Source: a virus
Virus record (IMG/VR): IMGVR_UViG_3300025840_000011
Length of the DNA: 64,000 nt
Strand: one strand, 5' to 3'
Shown here: positions 57,140 to 64,000 of the stretch, in pieces
Numbering within the stretch: position 1 is the first letter of the stretch
Layout: each line of letters opens with the position of its first letter
Position numbers and translations under genes: made by a program
The notes under the pieces: generated by a model
What the model was told of the DNA's origin: nothing
The model's input: only the letters and a program-made list of their open reading frames with translations
Database searches by the model: none

Positions 57140-57167
57140 GAAAGGGGGCGAATGCCCCCTTCTTTTT
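57140..57167 (+). terminator. Intrinsic terminator
   Basis: aagggggc-gaat-gccccctt followed by a T-run. Confidence 0.8.
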
Positions 57168-57168
57168 C

Positions 57169-57197
57169 TTGACAGATTGTACCGTATGGTGTACAAT
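57169..57197 (+). promoter_or_regulatory. sigma70-type promoter TTGACA-N17-TACAAT for gp44
   Basis: Near-consensus hexamers. Confidence 0.7.
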
Positions 57198-57223
57198 GTG
57201 ATTTTTATTATGGAGAAACCTAT

Positions 57224-58162
57224 ATGCGTGATGAATTCCTCTGGGTTGAGAAGTATCGTCCTCGAACTGTCTCTGACACGATCCTTCCGTCTGAACTCAA
57301 ACAAGTATTTACCAAGGTAGTTGCGGGCGGTGAAATTCCTAACATGTTGTTCTCTGGCACTGCTGGTACTGGTAAGACCACTGTCGCACGTGCAATATGT
57401 GATGAACTTGGACTCGATTACATCGTCATCAATGGTAGCGAGGAGGGGAACATCGATACCCTTCGTGGGAAGATTAAACAGTTTGCATCTTCCATATCTC
57501 TGAGTGGTGGGTACAAGGTTGTCATTCTAGACGAGGCAGATTACCTCAATCCTCAATCAACACAACCCGCACTCCGTGGGTTCATCGAAGAGTTCTCTTC
57601 TAACTGTCGGTTCATCCTGACCTGTAACTTCAAGAACCGTGTCATCGAACCCCTACACTCTCGTTGTTCTAATTACGAGTTTAACTTCAACAAGAAGGTT
57701 CAGGCGCAACTCTGTTCGGAGTTCATGAGACGTGCGGATGATATCCTCAAGACTGAGGGTGTCGCCTATAACAAGGATACTCTCGCACAAGTTATCATGC
57801 GTCACTCTCCAGACTGGAGACGTGTACTCAATGAGTTGCAACGTCACTCTATCTCTGGTCAACTGGAAACTACAGTTATCATTAATGACGCAAATGAGAA
57901 CTACAGTCTCTTGTTCCGTTCCCTCAAAGAGAAGAACTTCAAGACCATGCGGTCATGGGTGGTCAACAACATGGACGTAGAACCCGCCGCAGTGTTTCGT
58001 GGGATCTATGACTTGATGAACGAATATGTTGCACCACAGTCTATTCCACAACTCGTATTGATCCTCGCTGATTATCAATACAAGAATGCGTTCGTGGCAG
58101 ATCATGAACTTAACCTAGTCGCCTGTATGACTGAGATCATGGCAAACGTGGAGATTAAATGA
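57224..58162 (+). CDS. gp44: Clamp loader large subunit
   Basis: LWVEKYRP, GTGKTT, DEAD, PLHSRC. Confidence 0.95.
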   Translation: MRDEFLWVEKYRPRTVSDTILPSELKQVFTKVVAGGEIPNMLFSGTAGTGKTTVARAICDELGLDYIVINGSEEGNIDTLRGKIKQFASSISLSGGYKVVILDEADYLNPQSTQPALRGFIEEFSSNCRFILTCNFKNRVIEPLHSRCSNYEFNFNKKVQAQLCSEFMRRADDILKTEGVAYNKDTLAQVIMRHSPDWRRVLNELQRHSISGQLETTVIINDANENYSLLFRSLKEKNFKTMRSWVVNNMDVEPAAVFRGIYDLMNEYVAPQSIPQLVLILADYQYKNAFVADHELNLVACMTEIMANVEIK

Positions 58163-58419
58163 TGAGTAAAGATCGATTTGATTTAGAACAATCTATCATG
58201 GAATGTTGGAATGTCACCGAAGATATTAATATGGTGACCGAACATTTTATGGACAGTCCTAAGTGGGAACATATACCACCTGATGTTGCGGATGCTATGT
58301 GTAACAAGTATCTTGGTATCAAGGAACTTTATGAGATTCGTTTTCAAAGGTTGTGGGATACCTTTACAGAATGTTTCGATCTAGATAGGAATTCTAGAGG
58401 AGAGAATCTACGTGAGTAA
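58159..58419 (+). CDS. Hypothetical protein (DRFDLEQ.IM.CW)
   Basis: Translationally coupled ORF. Confidence 0.6.
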   Translation: MMSKDRFDLEQSIMECWNVTEDINMVTEHFMDSPKWEHIPPDVADAMCNKYLGIKELYEIRFQRLWDTFTECFDLDRNSRGENLRE

Positions 58420-58834
58420 GTTTGATAGAAATTTGCACTGGACAACGGAGTGGAGTGAGAAAGTCTTATTGGGTATTATAGGTACACTCACCTTTGGCGC
58501 TGCAATACAATACCTGTATGGTATGTACATGAACCTGTCAATTGAACTGTCAGATCTGTTCATGTTGTTTATCTACGCAGAGGTTCTAGGTATGGTTGGT
58601 GCGTTCTATAGTACTACACGTATTCCCGTAACCCTACCTATCATTATTGCGATTACCGCACTGTGTCGATTAATCATCCTACATAGTAAGGAGATGCAGG
58701 AGATGCAACTACTCGCTGAGGGTGGGGCGATTCTAATTCTATCTGCTGCGGCATACTTGATGTCACTAAAGGACAAACTCAGTTTAGAAAAGATGAGGAT
58801 TCGTGATGGACAAGATGAAGAGAATTTGGTTTAA
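58412..58834 (+). CDS. PsiE-like membrane protein
   Basis: Four TM segments; LFIYAEV..M...Y...RIP....IAITAL.RLII. Confidence 0.7.
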   Translation: MSKFDRNLHWTTEWSEKVLLGIIGTLTFGAAIQYLYGMYMNLSIELSDLFMLFIYAEVLGMVGAFYSTTRIPVTLPIIIAITALCRLIILHSKEMQEMQLLAEGGAILILSAAAYLMSLKDKLSLEKMRIRDGQDEENLV

Positions 58835-58964
58835 GGCTCTTGGAGAAAAGTCTGGGAGTACAGACGAAGAATCGGATGCAGTCGCTTGGGTGAGAACCAT
58901 CCTAATACTGCAAGCCGTTGCGACTAACTGTTTCATTATAAGTGGAGTGTTAAGACATTGGTAG
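58815..58964 (+). CDS. Small conserved membrane protein (W.KALG.K...D...VRT...N.FI..GV.RHW)
   Basis: Motif recalled from marine T4-like phages; not in the ORF track. Confidence 0.6.
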   Translation: MKRIWFKALGEKSGSTDEESDAVAWVRTILILQAVATNCFIISGVLRHW

Positions 58965-59386
58965 AAGATAAGAAAGGGTTTAGTCCCCAAGAAGACGTTG
59001 ATGTCTTCATGATGGCGGCAGAACAACCCATGCGGTATGAGTTACCCCAAAACCCTGAGATGATGTTCGAAGAGGATCAGTCTAGACTCTACATGGATCT
59101 GGTTGAAGAAGAGTTCAATGAAATCAAAGAAGCGTTTGCGAATCAAGACATCGTTGAGGTTGCGGATGGTATCGCAGATACGGTGTGGGTATTGATGGGT
59201 TTATCCAGTACTCTGGGTATAGATTTCTATAAAGTGTGGGAGGCGGTATTCCAATCCAACATGAGTAAAGTGGTCGAAGGTAAGTTGATTAAAAATCCCG
59301 AAACTGGTAAAGTCATGAAACCGGATAGTTACTTCCCCCCGAAGATAAGGGAGGCGTTGGGTCTTGAAGAAGAGACACCTGACTAA
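58958..59386 (+). CDS. MazG-like NTP pyrophosphohydrolase
   Basis: EEEFNE...EVADGIAD, V..SNMSK, GKVMKP. Confidence 0.8.
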   Translation: MVEDKKGFSPQEDVDVFMMAAEQPMRYELPQNPEMMFEEDQSRLYMDLVEEEFNEIKEAFANQDIVEVADGIADTVWVLMGLSSTLGIDFYKVWEAVFQSNMSKVVEGKLIKNPETGKVMKPDSYFPPKIREALGLEEETPD

Positions 59387-59567
59387 GGCAGTAACTTGGA
59401 GGATAATCGCTAGTACTACAACCGCATTGATTGCATGGATGTTCGGTCTACCCCCGTCCGCAATCGGAGCGGTATTCTTTGTAGACCTAGTATTAAAATT
59501 CGGATTGTACTACGGACACGAACGTGTTTGGTATAAGTACATAAGATATGGAGTGGAAGAAAAATGA
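59364..59567 (+). CDS. DUF2061-like membrane protein
   Basis: KAVTWRI...YY.HERVW. Confidence 0.75.
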   Translation: MKKRHLTKAVTWRIIASTTTALIAWMFGLPPSAIGAVFFVDLVLKFGLYYGHERVWYKYIRYGVEEK

Positions 59568-59986
59568 ATAAGTGGGATGCTGCTCATATGACCTCTGCGG
59601 AAGTCTACGCAAACCTTTCGTCTGCAAGACGGGCGAAGGTTGGTTGTGTTATTGTGAAGGACAACCGCATCGTGTCTATCGGGTATAATGGTATGCCTAG
59701 TGGTTGGGATAATAACTGTGAGTATGGTCTTGATGCAGAACCGACGATCCTGAGAACCAAACCCGAAGTGTTACATGCAGAGACCAATGCAATTGCAAAG
59801 GTCGCCCGTAGTAACGAGTCTTGTGAAAACGCATCCTTGTATACTACGGTTGCCCCCTGTTTGGACTGTGCAAAACTTATCTACCAGTCTGGAATATCGA
59901 AAGTGTTTTGGAGAAACGAGTATCCACGTGGAGAACTGGGTCTAAAGTTTCTTTCAAAGTGTGATATAGAAGTAACCCAAATATGA
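59564..59986 (+). CDS. cd: dCMP deaminase
   Basis: VGCVIVK, GYNG, HAE.NAI, PCLDC. Confidence 0.9.
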   Translation: MNKWDAAHMTSAEVYANLSSARRAKVGCVIVKDNRIVSIGYNGMPSGWDNNCEYGLDAEPTILRTKPEVLHAETNAIAKVARSNESCENASLYTTVAPCLDCAKLIYQSGISKVFWRNEYPRGELGLKFLSKCDIEVTQI

Positions 59987-60744
59987 CAACCGCAGATGAT
60001 TTATATGCAAAAGAACTGAGAAAGGTTCTGCGGCATCGCCTCAGGGGAACGATGACCCCCATAGAAAATGTCTTGTACTTCCCAAACAACATCGATGTTA
60101 GGATATGTCCTAAGAATGGTATGAGTAGTTTGAAGTGGGCTATGTTGTATGTCTACGGTGTCCCACAAGATCAGTCTGATCGTGTGAGTCTGACTATGGG
60201 TACGAAAGTTTGGAGGATGGAAGATATTAAGAAACATGGACATAAACCAGACTTACCTTTTCGTAAGGACAGTTACAAAACTTGTGTTTCAAGAGATCCC
60301 ATCAAAAGGTTCATGTCCGCATGTGAGTATATCAAGACTGAGTATGCGAGCTCGGCGGAGATGTTGTCAACTTCGAAGTCATTAACTGTCGAACAACTAG
60401 AACGTTTGTCGAGACTCTCAGATGTAAACCCACTTCCAGATTCTTTGGATGATATTATAGACGGTGTGTGGACTGGTGAAATACATAACTCACACTTCTT
60501 TACGCAGACATACTTTCACGGTAACCGTGGTCAGTATAACAAGATTTGGAGTATGAGTGATTTCAAACGGATGATGGAATGGCTCAGAACCGAAACCAAG
60601 TGCAGTAGAAAGATTGATAAGATACATTCGAACTATACATCCGGTCAATGGTTTGGAGGCGTTGAACTCTTGACACCAGACCAGAAAAAACGTATAATGC
60701 GTATTTACGAAGAGGATTATGATTATGGATGGACAGAAGATTAG
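59983..60744 (+). CDS. Sulfotransferase family 2-like protein
   Basis: PKNGMSSLK (5'-PSB-like), RDPIKRFMS (3'-PB-like), HF..Q, Y..DY...G. Confidence 0.7.
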   Translation: MTTADDLYAKELRKVLRHRLRGTMTPIENVLYFPNNIDVRICPKNGMSSLKWAMLYVYGVPQDQSDRVSLTMGTKVWRMEDIKKHGHKPDLPFRKDSYKTCVSRDPIKRFMSACEYIKTEYASSAEMLSTSKSLTVEQLERLSRLSDVNPLPDSLDDIIDGVWTGEIHNSHFFTQTYFHGNRGQYNKIWSMSDFKRMMEWLRTETKCSRKIDKIHSNYTSGQWFGGVELLTPDQKKRIMRIYEEDYDYGWTED

Positions 60745-61117
60745 TCCGTTTGATTTCTTGAATAGTATCAACACTACCAAGAAAAACCTCATGATAGGAA
60801 CAGACGAAGAGAAGCAGTACGTACCCTTCGTAGTAAACCGTACACTGTCGTACTTTCAAGACACGGTTGGTCTTGCGAATGCGATGAACATTCACCATCA
60901 TATTGACAACCGTCTACAATATGACTTTTTTATAAATATCGTTAGGAAACGAAAACGTTTCTCTAAGTGGGTTAAACCAACCACTTACAATGACGTGGAA
61001 GTAATCAAAGAGTATTATGGCTACAACGATGAGAAAGCCCGCCAAGTAATACCCTTACTGTCTTCCCAACAACTAGAGTTTATAAAAAATAAGGTGAATA
61101 AAGGTGGAAGAAAATAA
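60719..61117 (+). CDS. gp62: Clamp loader small subunit
   Basis: PFDFLNSIN, Y.PFVVNR.LS, RKRKRFSKW, KEYYGYN..KA. Confidence 0.9.
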   Translation: MIMDGQKISPFDFLNSINTTKKNLMIGTDEEKQYVPFVVNRTLSYFQDTVGLANAMNIHHHIDNRLQYDFFINIVRKRKRFSKWVKPTTYNDVEVIKEYYGYNDEKARQVIPLLSSQQLEFIKNKVNKGGRK

Positions 61118-61514
61118 GTTAGTCGAATGGAATCCAACGAAAATGTTGGAAGTCACTCTGAGGGAACCAGATGACTTTTTGAAAGTGAGAGAAACCTTGA
61201 CCCGCATTGGAGTAGCGTCTCGTAAAGAAAAGAGGTTGTTTCAGTCCTGCCACATTCTACACAAACAGGGTAGGTACTTTATCGTACATTTCAAGGAACT
61301 GTTTATGTTAGACGGTAAGAAGTCTAATCTAGAGTTGACAGACGTGCAACGAAGAAACACAATCGCAACTCTATTGCAGGACTGGGGACTCGTAGATATT
61401 CACAACAGGGAAGTCGCACAAGATTGTGCACCAATGAGACAGATCAAAATTATTGGTTTTAAGGATAAGGACGAATGGGAGTTGTGTCCTAAGTACAATA
61501 TCGGAAACAAGTAA
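61104..61514 (+). CDS. regA: Translational repressor RegA
   Basis: DDFLKVRETLTRIG, QSCHILHKQG.YFIVHFKELF. Confidence 0.95.
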   Translation: MEENKLVEWNPTKMLEVTLREPDDFLKVRETLTRIGVASRKEKRLFQSCHILHKQGRYFIVHFKELFMLDGKKSNLELTDVQRRNTIATLLQDWGLVDIHNREVAQDCAPMRQIKIIGFKDKDEWELCPKYNIGNK

Positions 61515-61627
61515 TGGGATTAGTTGGCCTGTTGGCGGTGTTCATGTGTCCTATGGTGTTTGGTGGAATAACCTTCTACTACTCATGGAAGGTCGTACAT
61601 GAAAGAGAGTATGGTAATGAAAGTTGA
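61514..61627 (+). CDS. Putative 37-aa membrane peptide
   Basis: ATG coupled to the regA stop; hydrophobic. Confidence 0.4.
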   Translation: MGLVGLLAVFMCPMVFGGITFYYSWKVVHEREYGNES

Positions 61628-62156
61628 TATATTTGAGGGTAAGGATGAGTACATTGCATCTAAAACCCCGTTCTTTGGTAAGTTGGATGAGGGTCTCGCT
61701 GAGGCGTATGACTGGAACCAACATATGGATCTGTTAGACTGGCATCCTCAAGAAATGATAGATTCTAACAGTACGAAGTTCCGTATTGGTCTTAACAGTT
61801 TTCATCTGAGACCTTCCGCTCCTGAATTTGCAAAAGAGATTGTCGATCAGATGACTGAGACTTTCTCTCTGCATGGAGACAAAAGAAAAATCACCAACAT
61901 TGCGTTTACTGGATTCGGTCAAGAGTCGGATAGTTATCCTTGGCATAAGGATTCTATGGACGTGTTTTTAGTACAAGTTATTGGAACCGTGGGACTTCGT
62001 GTCGAAGGACACAACAACGATGAGGAGTTCGACTTCTCGCCTGGCGATTACGTCTGGTTACCAAGAGGAACCCATCACCAAGTTCTTCCAAGAACAAGTC
62101 GTTGTACGTTCTCGTTCGGTGTAGAAGGGGATCCGGACCCAGCGATATACTTTTAG
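61599..62156 (+). CDS. JmjC/cupin oxygenase-like protein
   Basis: WHKD..DVFLVQVIG, PGD.VWLPRGTHH; start may be 61617. Confidence 0.75.
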   Translation: MKESMVMKVDIFEGKDEYIASKTPFFGKLDEGLAEAYDWNQHMDLLDWHPQEMIDSNSTKFRIGLNSFHLRPSAPEFAKEIVDQMTETFSLHGDKRKITNIAFTGFGQESDSYPWHKDSMDVFLVQVIGTVGLRVEGHNNDEEFDFSPGDYVWLPRGTHHQVLPRTSRCTFSFGVEGDPDPAIYF

Positions 62157-62722
62157 TAATCCGATCCGTCTGGGTTTATCGTTTTGTGAACAAACGCGAT
62201 AGACGGTACTACTACCCTATCTAGTACACGAAGTCTGACTGTATCCGTGTCGGTGTCCGAATCGTTGACGGGAGTTGTTGGTATACTGTGTGTACTATCC
62301 GAATCGACTAATGTCAATAAGTGAGGCGCTCCAACAATAGTGAAGTCCGAATCGGTAGTAGTAATATAAACTGCACCGTCTACTATATTTGTCAAAGAAT
62401 CATATCCACCACCCTGTAGAGTAAGCGTTCCACCATTCTCGTCTTTTGTTCCCGTTATAATGGTTCCTGTCTTACCACTAAAGGTTATTGTATCGGATAT
62501 CACCTGAACACCATTAATATCGACATTGACCCAACCCATTTGACGGGGTACTGCAACTTGGATGGGAGGATTTTGCCAAGACATAGTTCCCTTGTCAGAA
62601 TCCCACATAAGAGACTTACCTTTACCAGTTGAGCCCGGACTACTGTCTAGTGCGTAAAGGGATGCACCACTATCCACTAGACCATGCATGTTATTGAATG
62701 TATATTTTTTCGGTTGGGGCAT
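62153..62722 (-). CDS. Hypothetical protein, possibly virion-associated
   Basis: ATG at 62722 with GAGGA upstream; Thr/Asp/Gly-rich. Confidence 0.6.
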   Translation of the reverse strand: MPQPKKYTFNNMHGLVDSGASLYALDSSPGSTGKGKSLMWDSDKGTMSWQNPPIQVAVPRQMGWVNVDINGVQVISDTITFSGKTGTIITGTKDENGGTLTLQGGGYDSLTNIVDGAVYITTTDSDFTIVGAPHLLTLVDSDSTHSIPTTPVNDSDTDTDTVRLRVLDRVVVPSIAFVHKTINPDGSDY

Positions 62723-62750
62723 TGACAAAAAATCCTCGTTGTGTTATAGT
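62722..62750 (+). promoter_or_regulatory. sigma70-type promoter TTGACA-N17-TATAGT for hsp20
   Basis: Near-consensus hexamers. Confidence 0.6.
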
Positions 62751-62778
62751 TTTGCAATACTATTTAGTATATATAGCA

Positions 62779-62837
62779 GTGTACATGCGGATAGTCCGGT
62801 GTACATTAGTCTTGCTTAAAAAAGGAGATACAACATG
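62779..62837 (+). promoter_or_regulatory. ROSE-like RNA thermometer
   Basis: Upstream hairpin plus UCUUGCU pairing with the SD AGGAGA through a bulged G. Confidence 0.6.
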
Positions 62838-63251
62838 ACTAATCTTAAAGCGAATACGCTCTTCCCTCGTGCATCTTTTGTGGGGTTTGACCACCTGTTT
62901 CAAGAACTTGATTGGGTTGCCAAACACGCTACTGATACGTACCCACCTCACAATATAGTGAAGGTATCTGATGACGATTATCTAATCGAAGTCGCATGTG
63001 CAGGGTTTACTTTGGACGATTTGGAGATCGAACAGGACGAACGGACATTGACCGTAACTGGTCAACAGGAAGTTCCTGCTGAACGTGAATACCTACATAA
63101 AGGTATCTCGCAGAAGAAGTTCAAGAGAGTGTTTAGACTGTCAGAATACGTCTTTGTTGACGGTGCTTCTTTGACGGACGGAATCCTGTCTATCCAGTTG
63201 AAGTTTGAACTTCCCGAAGAGAAGAGACCTCGTAAGATCGATATTTCATAA
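62835..63251 (+). CDS. hsp20: Small heat-shock protein (IbpA-like)
   Basis: GFD.LF, YPPHNI, EVA.AGF, YLHKGI, DGILSI.L...PEEK.PRKI. Confidence 0.93.
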   Translation: MTNLKANTLFPRASFVGFDHLFQELDWVAKHATDTYPPHNIVKVSDDDYLIEVACAGFTLDDLEIEQDERTLTVTGQQEVPAEREYLHKGISQKKFKRVFRLSEYVFVDGASLTDGILSIQLKFELPEEKRPRKIDIS

Positions 63252-63270
63252 ATCTAACGAGGAGAAAATT

Positions 63271-63363
63271 ATGAAAACTGACCTAGTAGAACGGGTCGGT
63301 GAGGCAGTGATGTGTTTGTGGGTAGTCGCAATCATGGTCACGGCTTTCCAGCCCCTAGTATAA
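63271..63363 (+). CDS. Putative 30-aa membrane peptide
   Basis: GAGGAG RBS; hydrophobic; followed by a hairpin. Confidence 0.45.
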   Translation: MKTDLVERVGEAVMCLWVVAIMVTAFQPLV

Positions 63364-63400
63364 AAAGACAGGGGGGTGAAAGTCCCCCCACTCGTGAGGA

Positions 63401-64000
63401 ATGATGAAGGTATACCAAATTGTAATGAAGGGTGATGAGAGATCGGAGAAGTACGCCGAACTCAGTAAGTTATCTTTTCAGAACCTTATAGATGATGGCA
63501 CGTTGGACTGGAACGTGTTTGATGCGATCACTCCAGAACACCCTGACTTCGAAGAACACGTTGCGAAGTACGATTGGAGACCATCCCTCGCCAGACTGGA
63601 TGCGGGGAAACAACCTCAAGATCATTCCCCAACAGAGAAAGCGGGAATGTGTTCTCACTGGGAGTTGATGCGTCAACAAGGTGCAACCGGAGAACGGTTC
63701 CTAGTTATGGAACATGATACGTATCTATGGCCTCAACATGAAAACGAATTCCGCAACCTACTCACGTACATTCACGCAAAAAATATAATCTACGCAAACA
63801 TAGGTTTGTTCATGGGGTGTTATACCTTCAAACCGTTTTGTGCAGCGTGGCAGTACAGACTACTAACCGAACAAAAGTTCTGGATTAACTGTGGTCCTTA
63901 TGGTGTACTAGAGAGACTATTCAAGAACTACGTTGATCACTTCTTGTCAAAACAAGATAAGAGTCGTATACCTGAGAACTACATCATCCACCCTTGGTCT
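63401..64000 (+). CDS. Glycosyltransferase family 25-like protein, 3'-truncated by the window edge
   Basis: Manual translation: VFDAITP...TEKAGMCSHWELM...FLVMEHD; GAGGA RBS; not in the ORF track. Confidence 0.65.
   Translation, partial: MMKVYQIVMKGDERSEKYAELSKLSFQNLIDDGTLDWNVFDAITPEHPDFEEHVAKYDWRPSLARLDAGKQPQDHSPTEKAGMCSHWELMRQQGATGERFLVMEHDTYLWPQHENEFRNLLTYIHAKNIIYANIGLFMGCYTFKPFCAAWQYRLLTEQKFWINCGPYGVLERLFKNYVDHFLSKQDKSRIPENYIIHPWS

Noticed and set aside
60931-60938. TATAAATA inside gp62
   Set aside because: It lies in an AT-rich coding stretch of a replication operon and may be chance, so I did not call it.
27482-61514. Introns, inteins or stop-codon recoding in core genes
   Set aside because: gp17, gp20, gp23, uvsW, gp46, gp47 and gp44 are continuous and of normal length, and TAA, TAG and TGA all serve as stops.

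Overview
This is a 64 kb segment of a large T4-like myovirus whose gene order resembles marine T4-like phages (cyanophage/HTVC008M type). The host cannot be determined from this window. Positions 1-40.5 kb are the late structural cluster: baseplate gp7/gp9/gp8, a VrlC/DUF4815-like protein, several fibre proteins and gp13-gp23, with T4 late promoters (TATAAATA). Positions 41-44.4 kb form a reverse-strand island encoding a DUF4338/DruA-like protein, a T4 beta-glucosyltransferase-like protein and a GIY-YIG/ParB-like protein. Positions 44.5-64 kb hold gp3, uvsY, uvsW, gp55, gp47, gp46, gp45, gp44, gp62, regA and hsp20, interleaved with accessory genes (kdsB, kdsA, cytidylyltransferase, sulfotransferase, GT25, several 2OG-Fe(II)/JmjC oxygenases, SleB-like, PsiE-like) and tRNA-Arg(UCU). 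The most striking observation is two paralogous proteins (11662-14256 and 14278-17784) whose tetrapeptide repeats are mirror-complementary at the protein level, which implies giant antiparallel beta-hairpins with a readable pairing code. A sigma70-driven glycosyltransferase/oxygenase cassette follows them directly. Other notable signals are Asp-Ser motifs enriched in virion-surface proteins (a possible modification sequon), CCNGG found only when overlapped by GCC/GGC, an RBS-sequestering hairpin around a late promoter, and a ROSE-like thermometer on hsp20. All family assignments come from recalled motifs; no database searches were run.
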